This document shows, piece after piece, positions 40,357 through 49,682 of a stretch of 64,000 nt of DNA (positions are counted from its first letter, which is position 1; every line of letters starts with the position of its first letter). Origin of the DNA: an uncultured archaeon. Lineage in GTDB: Archaea; Aenigmatarchaeota; Aenigmatarchaeia; CG10238-14. The position numbers were made by a program, and so were the translations under genes. Where the stretch lies: positions 1 through 64,000 of the forward strand of contig CAYMPD010000004.1 of the NCBI GenBank assembly GCA_964392445.1, in the 5' to 3' direction. Below the pieces are notes generated by a model. The model had not been told where the DNA came from. It searched no databases and was given only the letters and a program-made list of their open reading frames with translations.

Positions 40357-40827
40357 GTGTCAAAAGTAGATCAAGTAAAACAGTTCATAGAAGAAAATAA
40401 TCTAGAAGCAGAGATAATAGAGCATGAAGAATCAGGATTAACAAGCGAACAGGCCGCAGAAGCAACAGGAGTAGATATAGAACAAATAATCAAAACACTA
40501 CTATTCATGGACAAGAAACACAGACCAGTAATAGTAATCTGTCAAGGTCATAAAAGAGTCGATATGGATAAAGTGATAAAGTTTGTCGAACTAAAAAAAC
40601 CAAGATTAGCTAGACCAGAAGAAATCAAACAATTACTGGGAACAGAACCAGGAGGAACACCACCGATATGCTTACCCGAAGATATACCAGTTCTGATGGA
40701 TAAAGGAGTCACTAAACAGAAATTTGTGGTTGGGTCAGCGGGAACAAAATTCACTGGCTTAAAACTAAAACCATATGATATTGTTAAATTTACTAATGCT
40801 AAAATAGTTAGTATAACTGAGGGATAG
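40357..40827 (+). CDS. YbaK/ProX-family aminoacyl-tRNA deacylase
   Basis: IIKTLL conserved Lys, GGTPP loop, GSAG. Confidence 0.88.
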   Translation: MSKVDQVKQFIEENNLEAEIIEHEESGLTSEQAAEATGVDIEQIIKTLLFMDKKHRPVIVICQGHKRVDMDKVIKFVELKKPRLARPEEIKQLLGTEPGGTPPICLPEDIPVLMDKGVTKQKFVVGSAGTKFTGLKLKPYDIVKFTNAKIVSITEG

Positions 40828-40831
40828 AGAA

Positions 40832-40975
40832 ATGACAGAATACTTTACAAGATACATCAAATACCCAGACGGAACACTAGAAGAATTAAAAGTTCCTAAG
40901 AAAGAAGTAAGAAAACAAATACTAGAATCTGCTAAAAGAAACAAAGAAATGTTGGACATACTTGCAAAACTTTAG
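40832..40975 (+). CDS. 47-aa hypothetical protein
   Basis: Hand translation MTEYFTRYIKYPDG...MLDILAKL; fills the gap between ybaK-like gene and tyrS. Confidence 0.55.
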   Translation: MTEYFTRYIKYPDGTLEELKVPKKEVRKQILESAKRNKEMLDILAKL

Positions 40976-40984
40976 GTGAAATTA

Positions 40985-42070
40985 ATGGATTTAGAAAAAA
41001 GAATGGAATTAATTAAAAGACCTCCAACTGAAGAGGTAATTACAGAGGAAGACCTGAAAGAATTATTGCAAACAAAAGATCATCCAGTAGCTTATGACGG
41101 GTTTGAAACTTCAGGACTTCTACACTTAGCATCAGGGCCCTTACGTGCAATTAAAGTTCAAGATATGCTTGATGCAGGTTGCGAATTCATTCTATGGATA
41201 GCCGACTGGTTTGCTTATATCAACAACAAAATGGGCGGAGATTTAGAACTCATCAAAAAAACAGGCGAATATTACATCGAAGGTTGGAAAGCGTGTGGAG
41301 TCGACATGAAAAAAGTCAAAGTTATGTGGACGAGCGATGCCGTAAAAGACCCGAATTACTGGAAAGGTGTTATAGATGTTGCCAAGAATACAACCGTCAA
41401 CCGAACAATCCGCTCAGGACCAATAATGGGAAGAAGCGAGTCAGAGATGCAATACACGGCACAGTTGTTCTACCCGATGATGCAGGCGTGGGATCCATTT
41501 TATCTCAAAGCTGATATTCTCCAATTGGGAATGGATCAAAGAAATGCTACAGTTCTTTCGCGTGAATTAACTTCAAAGTTGGGTTATTCGACAAGGGTGT
41601 GTGTTCATCATCATTTATTAGCAGGTTTGCAGGGACCAAAAGAAGGAAGAATGGGACAAGAAACAGCAACAGTTCAGTTAGAAGACAAGATGAGTAAATC
41701 CAAACCAAATACAGCAATATTCATCCACGACAGTAAGAAGGAAATCCAGGAAAAAATAAATGGTGCATTTTGCCCAGAAAAAGTTGTTAAAGGGAACCCA
41801 GTTTTGGAAATATGGAAGTACATAGTCTTCAGAAAATTTGATTCTAGAACTATAAAAAGACCGTCCAAATTCGGTGGAGATATTACAGTCGGAAATTACG
41901 AAGAACTAGAAAATAAGTTCAGAAAAGGAGAATTACACCCATTAGATCTGAAAAAAGAAACATCCGAAGCTTTAAACGAAATAATAAACCCAATAAGGAA
42001 ACATTTCGAAAGAAACAAAAAAGCTAAGAAATTGTACGAAACTGTAAAAAAGGCCAAAATAACCCGCTAA
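40985..42070 (+). CDS. tyrS: Tyrosyl-tRNA synthetase (archaeal)
   Basis: [12 protein letters not shown]-like [22 protein letters not shown]. Confidence 0.93.
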   Translation: MDLEKRMELIKRPPTEEVITEEDLKELLQTKDHPVAYDGFETSGLLHLASGPLRAIKVQDMLDAGCEFILWIADWFAYINNKMGGDLELIKKTGEYYIEGWKACGVDMKKVKVMWTSDAVKDPNYWKGVIDVAKNTTVNRTIRSGPIMGRSESEMQYTAQLFYPMMQAWDPFYLKADILQLGMDQRNATVLSRELTSKLGYSTRVCVHHHLLAGLQGPKEGRMGQETATVQLEDKMSKSKPNTAIFIHDSKKEIQEKINGAFCPEKVVKGNPVLEIWKYIVFRKFDSRTIKRPSKFGGDITVGNYEELENKFRKGELHPLDLKKETSEALNEIINPIRKHFERNKKAKKLYETVKKAKITR

Positions 42071-42336
42071 ATAACATTCCCATTATGTTCTTCTAACCAA
42101 TTAGTGATACCTTTCTTGATATCAATTATCACCTTTTCCCCAGAAGGCATAGTTCTTTTGATTGTCATCGCAACTTTTTTCTTTTTAAACTCTTCCTTTG
42201 CGATTTTAAGGGGATCAAATACACCTTTCGGTTTTTTAATAAGCAATGGTGCACCTAAAGAAATCTGTAAGGATCTCGCACCTATAATCCTTGCGACTTC
42301 GAATCTTGTTAATCTTTCATTTGGCCAGATTGAAAT
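42067..42336 (-). CDS. rpoK: RNA polymerase subunit K (Rpo6)
   Basis: [18 protein letters not shown]; probable ATT start after GAGGTGA. Confidence 0.93.
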   Translation of the reverse strand: MSIWPNERLTRFEVARIIGARSLQISLGAPLLIKKPKGVFDPLKIAKEEFKKKKVAMTIKRTMPSGEKVIIDIKKGITNWLEEHNGNVI

Positions 42337-42350
42337 AAAATTCACCTCAT

Positions 42351-42545
42351 TTAAGGCTGAAACTTTGCCACTTTTTTAATTAAATCAACATGTCCTATAA
42401 ACAAACCTCTACAGCAGTATCGGATTAAACCTAAATCATCCAAAACCTTCTTGGAATCTTCACCTTTTTCCACTCTTTTTTTGTATTCTTCCCATAGATG
42501 ACCTACAACTTTTCCACAGCTGAAACAACGAACTGGTATTATCAT
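42351..42545 (-). CDS. rpoN: RNA polymerase subunit N (Rpo10)
   Basis: PVRCFSCGK...RYCCR. Confidence 0.97.
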   Translation of the reverse strand: MIIPVRCFSCGKVVGHLWEEYKKRVEKGEDSKKVLDDLGLIRYCCRGLFIGHVDLIKKVAKFQP

Positions 42546-42550
42546 TTTCT

Positions 42551-42964
42551 TTACCTCTTTGACCTTTGTTTATGTCTTCTTGCCCCTTTTCTCGAACGGG
42601 ATGGTTTATGGGGCTCACATCTCCTAGCATCATACGCTAAAAGATTCCTATCATAATCAAGATACGTTTTCTTTAGTTTTTCATCTTTAAAAAATTCTAC
42701 CATCCCTTTAGCAATACTCTGACGGATGGCGTCTGCTTGTGAGGATATTCCTCCACCTGAAACATTAACTTTAACATCAACTTCTTTTGATTTGTCTCCG
42801 ACTAGGATTAACGCTTCTCTTATTTTCATCCTTACAAACTCGGGTTGGTAGATGTCTAATGGAGTGTCATTGATTTCCACTTTCCCCTTCCCTTTTTTGA
42901 ATCTCGCTCTAGCTACACTCGTCTTTCTTTTCCCAGTCGCGAATGCTAGTTTTTCTTTAGCCAT
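42551..42964 (-). CDS. rps9: 30S ribosomal protein uS9
   Basis: [27 protein letters not shown]. Confidence 0.96.
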   Translation of the reverse strand: MAKEKLAFATGKRKTSVARARFKKGKGKVEINDTPLDIYQPEFVRMKIREALILVGDKSKEVDVKVNVSGGGISSQADAIRQSIAKGMVEFFKDEKLKKTYLDYDRNLLAYDARRCEPHKPSRSRKGARRHKQRSKR

Positions 42965-42965
42965 T

Positions 42966-43394
42966 TTACCATCTCTTCTTTGCTCCTAACCACAATGATA
43001 ATTCTTCAACACTAATACTTTTACACTTTAATCTATTAGCATCTGCGTCTTTTAAACGAATTGGTTCTTTATTTTTTAATTCTTTTGGGACTCCCACGTG
43101 AACTTTTAACCTTTTGTAAGCCTTCTGCCCCCTTTGTATTTTTATTGGTAGCATTCCTCTTATTACCCTTCTTACTATTCCACTCGGTGTTTTTGGGTAA
43201 TGTGGACCATGTCTGGGATCCCCTCTTTGCCGTCTTTCAAGGTATTTTTGCTTTGTGTTTTTTGGATTTCCCGATATTCTTACCTTTTCACAATTAACCA
43301 CATGAACTTGTTCACCTTTAAGCAGATCTTTAGCAACACGAGTAGACAATCTTCCTAATATTTGGTTGTCAGCATCGTAAACTTTCATAATCAT
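42966..43394 (-). CDS. rpl13: 50S ribosomal protein uL13
   Basis: DADNQILGRL, GPHYPK, IRGMLP. Confidence 0.95.
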   Translation of the reverse strand: MIMKVYDADNQILGRLSTRVAKDLLKGEQVHVVNCEKVRISGNPKNTKQKYLERRQRGDPRHGPHYPKTPSGIVRRVIRGMLPIKIQRGQKAYKRLKVHVGVPKELKNKEPIRLKDADANRLKCKSISVEELSLWLGAKKRW

Positions 43395-43759
43395 CAACAC
43401 AGTATTTTAACCTTAGTCCCTTTTGGGTTATCTTTCATTAATTCTCGAATTGTTATAGCTTTTCCCTTTACTTTTTTAATCTTTTCTTCCGCAGGATTAC
43501 TAAATCTCCACGCAGAAACTGTTACAGGTTTTGTTAATTCCCCAAACCCAAGTACTACTCCTGGGACGATTACTGTTTCATTTTTTTTGGTATGTCTCTC
43601 GATGTGGCTTAAATTAACTTCTACCCTCTGCCTTCTAGGTTTGTTTAGTTTTTCGGCTATATCTTTGAGAAAATTAGAATTAACTTCAAACGATTTCTCT
43701 CTTAGATTTTGAATTAATTTTTTTAATATCGGATTTGTAGGTCCAGTGCGCTTAACCAA
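43394..43759 (-). CDS. rpl18e: 50S ribosomal protein eL18
   Basis: TGPTNP, EVNLSHI, VPGVVLG; TTG start. Confidence 0.95.
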   Translation of the reverse strand: MVKRTGPTNPILKKLIQNLREKSFEVNSNFLKDIAEKLNKPRRQRVEVNLSHIERHTKKNETVIVPGVVLGFGELTKPVTVSAWRFSNPAEEKIKKVKGKAITIRELMKDNPKGTKVKILC

Positions 43760-43792
43760 TCGCTACACCTCGGGATTTTCAACTCATTATAG

Positions 43793-44353
43793 TTGTGTGG
43801 GAAGATTTATAAAGGTTTACTCAATTTTATAAGATTAAATTTCTTAATTAACCATATGTTCAATCTTAATGATAAAAATAAGGGTTACTTAATATCAATA
43901 ATTCTTCTTATTTCTTTTTCTCTTACTACGGGACTTAATAGGGTTAAACCTAAAAATAACGAAATCGAATCAAAATCACCTAAAATGGAAGTTACAACCT
44001 CCCCCGAAATAGAGGCTACACCATTCGATTTTGATATCTATTTGGATATGACAGCAGCTTATATACTTCGTCTATATGATTTTCCTTACATAATATGTCT
44101 CTCGGGTACAGGTAGGCGCCTCGATATCGGAATTTTTGATTTCATTCATGATCCTACTAAAGCCAGTTTTAGACCTATTGAAAATGGTAAAATAGGTACT
44201 TATGTCCCCCATCCGATCAGTGGGAGGTTGGTACCTGTATATATAGGAGAGGACACCGAAATGGGAAAATGTGGTCCTATAGTGAAACAAAGATATTCTG
44301 TTCCTTCTGTTGAGTTCATTGAAGATGTGAGAGGACCTTATTTAGATTTGTAA
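43793..44353 (+). CDS. Membrane-anchored hypothetical protein (probable start about 43856)
   Basis: N-terminal hydrophobic segment after MFNLNDKNK. Confidence 0.55.
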   Translation: MCGKIYKGLLNFIRLNFLINHMFNLNDKNKGYLISIILLISFSLTTGLNRVKPKNNEIESKSPKMEVTTSPEIEATPFDFDIYLDMTAAYILRLYDFPYIICLSGTGRRLDIGIFDFIHDPTKASFRPIENGKIGTYVPHPISGRLVPVYIGEDTEMGKCGPIVKQRYSVPSVEFIEDVRGPYLDL

Positions 44354-44456
44354 AAATTATGTTAAACTTCAATTCGGTCACTTCCGAACAAAATCTTAAT
44401 GCTATTTAAACTAACCGAACTAATTGTCTTTTAGCAAATAAATGGGGTGGAAGAAT

Positions 44457-44972
44457 ATGAAAAAATTGTTAACATTTCTGCTTTTGATACCATTAGCCAT
44501 AGCATTGTCAGGATGTACGACTGAACAACCGATCGGTGGAGAAAGAGATGAGCATGGATGCCTTGGACCTGCGGGATATTCATGGGACGAGGAAATACGG
44601 GCTTGTGTAAGGACATGGGAACTGGATGAAAGCCAAAAAGAAGCAGCAGAAATAGCTGTTGAGCAGGTAGGATCAGAGAAATACCTAACCGTTACCAAAG
44701 TGGAAACTCTAAGATGTCTCGGATGTTTCATAATAGAACTGGAAAAAGGAGAAGAAAGAGATGTGATATCTGTAGAACTTAGTGATTGGGATGTTATTAG
44801 TGAAACCTTGGTAAGACATACATGTACTGAACAAGAAAGACAAGCCGAGATTTGCACGATGGAATATATGTCTGTGTGTGGATTCAAAGCGGATGGAAGT
44901 TCAAAGACCTATGGTAATGATTGTCAGGCATGTGCTGATGGAGTAGAATACTGGGAAGTCGGAGAGTGCTAG
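44457..44972 (+). CDS. Secreted lipoprotein with Cys-rich domain and C-terminal Kazal-like domain
   Basis: LSGC lipobox; GGERDEHGC...C; CTMEYMSVCG...TYGNDCQAC. Confidence 0.75.
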   Translation: MKKLLTFLLLIPLAIALSGCTTEQPIGGERDEHGCLGPAGYSWDEEIRACVRTWELDESQKEAAEIAVEQVGSEKYLTVTKVETLRCLGCFIIELEKGEERDVISVELSDWDVISETLVRHTCTEQERQAEICTMEYMSVCGFKADGSSKTYGNDCQACADGVEYWEVGEC

Positions 44973-45181
44973 TGGGAAACTATAACCAAAGGACCCTTTT
45001 AACCATTTTTTCTTTATTTTTATCCAATACTCTCGAAAAACCCCTCAACCAAAAGACTTAAATACCTATCATGACATCCTATTAGGAGTAAAGTACGAAG
45101 TGGTGACAAGTAGCGTTGGTTAATAATATACTAATTCTATTGCTTTTGTGACTTTAATAAAAAAAATAAAGAGATGATATA

Positions 45182-46558
45182 ATGAATTTTGAAAGTATGA
45201 ATATTGAGAAGTCAGTATTGGGTTCGTTAGATAATATGGGCTTTGAACAAGCAACAAGAATCCAATCAGAAACTATACCTTTGATAAAACAAGGTTATGA
45301 TGTTATTGGTCAATCCAAGACAGGTTCAGGTAAAACTGCGGCTTTTGGAATACCTTTGGTTGAAAAAGTCAATCGAGGAAAAAAAGCTCAGGCATTAATC
45401 CTAGCACCTACGAGGGAATTGGCAAAACAAATTGCAAGAGAGATTGAAAAGTTTTCGGATTTGAAAAGATTAAAAGTTCAAACCGTTTACGGTGGGGTTT
45501 CAATGAGACCTCAGATAAGGGGGTTAAAGACAGCAGAAATAATTGTTGGTACTCCCGGAAGAATTCTAGATCATTTAAGACGTGGAAATTTTGACACAAG
45601 GAATTTGGAAATCTTTGTTCTAGACGAAGCGGACAGAATGATCGATATGGGATTTATTGATGATATAAAAAAGATAGAGAGACAAATACCAAATAAAAGA
45701 CAAACACTTTTGTTCAGTGCTACAATGCCAGGAAATCTAAGGAAAGTTACACAGAAATTTACAAATAATGCAAAAAGAGTTAAGACAAAAACTAAAGTAG
45801 AGGAAACCCTTTTAGAACAATATTATTGTGATGTTAAACCTAGAAAGAAGTTCTCATTGTTAATACATTTAATTCAAGAAGAAGACCCTGAACTTGCTAT
45901 AGTTTTCTGTAAAACTAGGAGAGAAACTAGCTCTGTGGCAAGGAATTTGAAAAGGAAAGGTTTAGATGCAGAAGCTTTGCATGGAGGATTATCCCAACAT
46001 CAAAGAGAAAAGATAATAGGTAAATTCAAAAAAAGAAGATTAAGAATTCTGGTCGCGACAGACGTTGCATCAAGAGGTTTGGATATAGATGATATAACTC
46101 ACATATTTAACTACAGGTTACCTAGTAATGCAGAGGACTATGTGAATAGAATTGGAAGAACTGCCAGAGCTGGTAAGTCTGGTAAAGCGATATCTTTGTT
46201 AAGTTCAGATGATCATGGTTCTTTTAGAAGAATAATGAGGAGATACTCTTATGATGTTAAGAAGATGGAAAAATCTGATTTTAAGGATCTCCAATTTAAT
46301 AAGAGAGCTCCTAGGAAAAGGAAATCTAGGAGGAATTATAATATTCAAGGAGGTGATAATTTGAAAGGAAAAGTTAAATGGTTCAATTCCATGAAAGGAT
46401 TTGGATTCATAGAACCAGAGGGTGGTGAGAAGGACGTTTTTGTTCATCAGTCATCACTCGCGGACGAAAAAGAATACTTGAGAGAAGACGACGAAGTTGA
46501 ATTTGAAGTTGAAGAAACACCAAAGGGAAAACAAGCAGTAAATGTTAGAAAAGTTTAG
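45182..46558 (+). CDS. DEAD-box RNA helicase fused in frame to a cold-shock domain
   Basis: Q motif, TGSGKT, PTRELA, DEAD, SAT, RGLD; tail GKVKWFN...GFGFI...DVFVH. Confidence 0.93.
   Translation: MNFESMNIEKSVLGSLDNMGFEQATRIQSETIPLIKQGYDVIGQSKTGSGKTAAFGIPLVEKVNRGKKAQALILAPTRELAKQIAREIEKFSDLKRLKVQTVYGGVSMRPQIRGLKTAEIIVGTPGRILDHLRRGNFDTRNLEIFVLDEADRMIDMGFIDDIKKIERQIPNKRQTLLFSATMPGNLRKVTQKFTNNAKRVKTKTKVEETLLEQYYCDVKPRKKFSLLIHLIQEEDPELAIVFCKTRRETSSVARNLKRKGLDAEALHGGLSQHQREKIIGKFKKRRLRILVATDVASRGLDIDDITHIFNYRLPSNAEDYVNRIGRTARAGKSGKAISLLSSDDHGSFRRIMRRYSYDVKKMEKSDFKDLQFNKRAPRKRKSRRNYNIQGGDNLKGKVKWFNSMKGFGFIEPEGGEKDVFVHQSSLADEKEYLREDDEVEFEVEETPKGKQAVNVRKV
46361..46558 (+). CDS. Possible nested stand-alone cold-shock protein (65 aa)
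   Basis: GGAGGTGA at 46349-46356 then in-frame TTG at the exact CSD boundary. Confidence 0.65.
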   Translation: MKGKVKWFNSMKGFGFIEPEGGEKDVFVHQSSLADEKEYLREDDEVEFEVEETPKGKQAVNVRKV

Positions 46559-46602
46559 GCTTAATTAGTTTAGACTTATTTAAAAACTGGGAAAGGTTAA
46601 GG

Positions 46603-46616
46603 TTTTTTTTATTTTT
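46603..46616 (+). terminator. Oligo-T terminator candidate
   Basis: T8-A-T5 tract about 45 nt after the stop. Confidence 0.4.
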
Positions 46617-46740
46617 GTTAATTATATTTACAGATTGAAATTCTTAGATTTTAATAAATTATATAAACTAGATTCCATTTCTTTTTACTTTGTCCATGAG
46701 TGCTTGGTTGTTCAGGAGAAGGAAATAATTGAATTATTTC

Positions 46741-47004
46741 TTACGATCTAGACCAGTTACTATCAACCCAAAGCCCAATATTATTGTCACCCAAATCAGG
46801 ACTTGACTGACTTGAGATTGTAACTAGGGTCGGGTCAGAATACATACTTGCTGCAGTAAAACTTCCTTCAGCCTGTAGCATCGTACCTTTCGCAATATTA
46901 AAGGCAGCATAAAAGAAATGTCTCGACCATTGACTTAAAACTTTTGCTAATACTCCAAAACCTACCATTATACTTCCAGCTATTTTTTTCATAAAAAACA
47001 CCAC
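46741..47004 (-). CDS. Hypothetical protein, doubtful
   Basis: 87-aa ORF with hydrophobic N-terminus. Confidence 0.3.
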   Translation of the reverse strand: MVFFMKKIAGSIMVGFGVLAKVLSQWSRHFFYAAFNIAKGTMLQAEGSFTAASMYSDPTLVTISSQSSPDLGDNNIGLWVDSNWSRS

Positions 47005-47106
47005 GATAAATTGGTTTTAGTGGTTTATAAATTTTGGGGGTATTAATGGGTTTTAAGATAACAATGAGGTGTCTATTTAAAAATTAGTTTAGAAATTAAT
47101 CGATAA

Positions 47107-47688
47107 ATGATAGATTTCGATACCCAATATGCAAGAAGACATGAATCAATACAAGAAAACCTAGATATTGTTAGACATCTATTCGAAATTGCGACAAGGG
47201 AAGGTTTAAAAAGAATATCTTTTTATAGAAGAGAAAAATCATATTTCCCATGTGGACTTCATGAAGGAATTCCAATAGGTCTAGATTTAATAAGGGATCA
47301 TGTAAAATACGGTTTTCCTAACATTCTAGCCAAAATGAGATTATTGTATGAAATTTCTGAAGGAGATGTTGATATATCATCTGTATACGCATTACTTCAA
47401 GGGGGATTGGGAATCGTTTCAGAAGATATGAGTGGAGGAGGATTATATAGAGTTTCAGATAATACTCCAACGAGATTTTTAAGAATGGATCTCTTTAATC
47501 AAATATTTTTTGGGGAACCTAAAAGTGAGTTGAGAAAAACAACTTTTTGGATAGAACATGGAAAAGAGGTTAGAACCCCTATTGTCGATTTAGATCACGT
47601 TAATGTTAGTCAATCATTTAAAGATATTTATATACAGTATGTTAGTCAGTATAAGAAAGACCCAAGATTTATAATAAGACCCAGATAG
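47107..47688 (+). CDS. Hypothetical protein
   Basis: 193-aa ATG ORF. Confidence 0.65.
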   Translation: MIDFDTQYARRHESIQENLDIVRHLFEIATREGLKRISFYRREKSYFPCGLHEGIPIGLDLIRDHVKYGFPNILAKMRLLYEISEGDVDISSVYALLQGGLGIVSEDMSGGGLYRVSDNTPTRFLRMDLFNQIFFGEPKSELRKTTFWIEHGKEVRTPIVDLDHVNVSQSFKDIYIQYVSQYKKDPRFIIRPR

Positions 47689-47766
47689 GAAATTCAACAA
47701 AATTCATCATTTTATAAAATACTTTCCTATTTAAAACCTCAAGCCCGAATTCTAATTGCTAATAAC

Positions 47767-48306
47767 ATGCAAATACTCGAAGAAATAAGAAACTGGGAAG
47801 GAAAACCAAAAGAATTGATTATAAATTTATCCGAGGAAGCTAAGAAGAAACCCGAATTGCTCGAACAGGTCGAAGAAGGACTAAAACAAGGTTCTAAAGT
47901 TGAAAAAAGCATCTGCGCAGAAGTCATGGAATATGTAAGCAAAGACAAACCAGAACTAGTAGTACCATACCTTAACACAGTGATAGATTACTTGGATTCT
48001 GACGCTTCAAGGGTTAAGTGGGAGACAGCAAGAGTGATCGGAAACGTTTCAAGTGTATCCCCGGACAAAGTAACCGAAGATATTCCCAAACTTATGACTA
48101 ACACCGAGGACAAGAGTACTGTTGTTCGATGGAGTACTGCATTTGATTTGACTGAGATCGCTAAGAATAATGCTAGTGTGAGGGATGAGTTGGTATCTAA
48201 GTTCAAGGAAATTGTGAAGAGAGAAGACAATAATGGGGTTAGGAATGTTTATTTGAAGGGTTTGAAGGAGATTGATAGTGAAAAATGGGGATTATTATCG
48301 GTTTGA
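47767..48306 (+). CDS. HEAT-repeat-like helical protein
   Basis: Repeated RVKWETARVIG / VVRWSTAFDL helices. Confidence 0.7.
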   Translation: MQILEEIRNWEGKPKELIINLSEEAKKKPELLEQVEEGLKQGSKVEKSICAEVMEYVSKDKPELVVPYLNTVIDYLDSDASRVKWETARVIGNVSSVSPDKVTEDIPKLMTNTEDKSTVVRWSTAFDLTEIAKNNASVRDELVSKFKEIVKREDNNGVRNVYLKGLKEIDSEKWGLLSV

Positions 48307-48330
48307 CCCAATAAAAAACATCAAAAATCA

Positions 48331-48344
48331 TCGGTTTGAACCGA
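48331..48344. promoter_or_regulatory. Palindrome upstream of ATPase TATA box
   Basis: TCGGTT-TG-AACCGA just upstream of TTTATAAA. Confidence 0.4.
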
Positions 48345-48377
48345 AGCATTTATAAATAGATAATACAAATATGTAGT

Positions 48378-49679
48378 ATGAAAGAAATAGAAAACAGTCT
48401 AAGAAAGTGGAATCTTTGGTGGGCAGAGGATAAAATAAGTGAAGATTTAGTAGGTATACCCCGGGTGAAAACAAAAGAAGTTCTATCAGTTATGAATTTA
48501 AGGCATATTAAAGATGTTATAGGAGTTAGAAGATCTGGTAAAACAACTTTACTCTATCAGGTCATTGATAAATTAATAAATAATGGAACGGACCCGAAAA
48601 AAATAGTTTTCATAAATTTTGATGATCCAACTCTAAATATTTCCAAGTTAGATGAAATTCTAAAGACAATTTACAAGATAAATCCAGATGTGGAATATTT
48701 GTTCCTTGATGAAGCATCTGAGAAAGAAGGCTGGGAAAGATGGGTTAGAACAATTTATGACTTAAAGAAATTCAAACAGATATTTGTAACAGGGTCGAGT
48801 GCGAGTTTACTTTCAAAGGAAATTGGGAAAGTCTTGACAGGTAGACACATAACTTTTGTTCTATATCCTTTTTCTTTCAAAGAATTCTTGATTTCTAATG
48901 GATGGGGAAATTTCAATAAAAATTATCTACTTAAAGAAAAAAATAAACTCATTCATTTTCTCCACAGATATTTAAAAGAAGGAGGATTTCCGGAGACTTT
49001 AAACAAGGATGAATCAAGTTCTAAGGCTATACTTACCAACATATACAATGACATTATTGCAAGAGATATTGTGTCAAGACATGAAGTGGACTCTGATAAG
49101 GTAAATAAATTAGCTTATTACCTCTTAACCAACTTCACAAATGAGTATTCCTACAGTAAATTGGCTAAAAAAATTGGTATTGACTGGGAGACAGTTGAAA
49201 GATACATGAAATTCCTTGAAGATACGTTTCTTGTACTGAGTTTGGATTTATTCTCATTCAAAGTGGGCACTCAGTTCAAGCGAAATAAGAAAATTTATTG
49301 TATTGATACAGGATTAAGAAATACCGTTTCATTTAGATTCTCTCAGGATATAGGAAGATTGGCTGAGAATTTAGTTTTTATTGAGTTAAAGAGGAGAGGT
49401 GAAGATGTTTATTATTGGAAATCCAAGGGAGGTAAAGAAATAGATTTCTTGGTTAAAAGGGGAACGGATGTAAAACAGTTGATTCAAGTCTGTTGGAATG
49501 TAGAAAATGAGAAGACTAAAAAAAGAGAGGTTAAATCATTGTTAAAGGCTATGGATGAATTCGGTTTGAAAGAGGGTGTTATAATAACTGAAGATTATGA
49601 AGGAGAAGAAAAAATAAATGGCAAATCTATTCGGTATTTACCTCTATGGTATTGGTTATTGGAAATTTCTGAAGAGTAG
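48378..49679 (+). CDS. AAA+ ATPase with wHTH and C-terminal DUF4143/PD-(D/E)xK-like domain
   Basis: GVRRSGKT, FLDE, TGSS, KIYCIDTGL, ENLV, EIDF. Confidence 0.88.
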   Translation: MKEIENSLRKWNLWWAEDKISEDLVGIPRVKTKEVLSVMNLRHIKDVIGVRRSGKTTLLYQVIDKLINNGTDPKKIVFINFDDPTLNISKLDEILKTIYKINPDVEYLFLDEASEKEGWERWVRTIYDLKKFKQIFVTGSSASLLSKEIGKVLTGRHITFVLYPFSFKEFLISNGWGNFNKNYLLKEKNKLIHFLHRYLKEGGFPETLNKDESSSKAILTNIYNDIIARDIVSRHEVDSDKVNKLAYYLLTNFTNEYSYSKLAKKIGIDWETVERYMKFLEDTFLVLSLDLFSFKVGTQFKRNKKIYCIDTGLRNTVSFRFSQDIGRLAENLVFIELKRRGEDVYYWKSKGGKEIDFLVKRGTDVKQLIQVCWNVENEKTKKREVKSLLKAMDEFGLKEGVIITEDYEGEEKINGKSIRYLPLWYWLLEISEE

Positions 49680-49682
49680 TAG

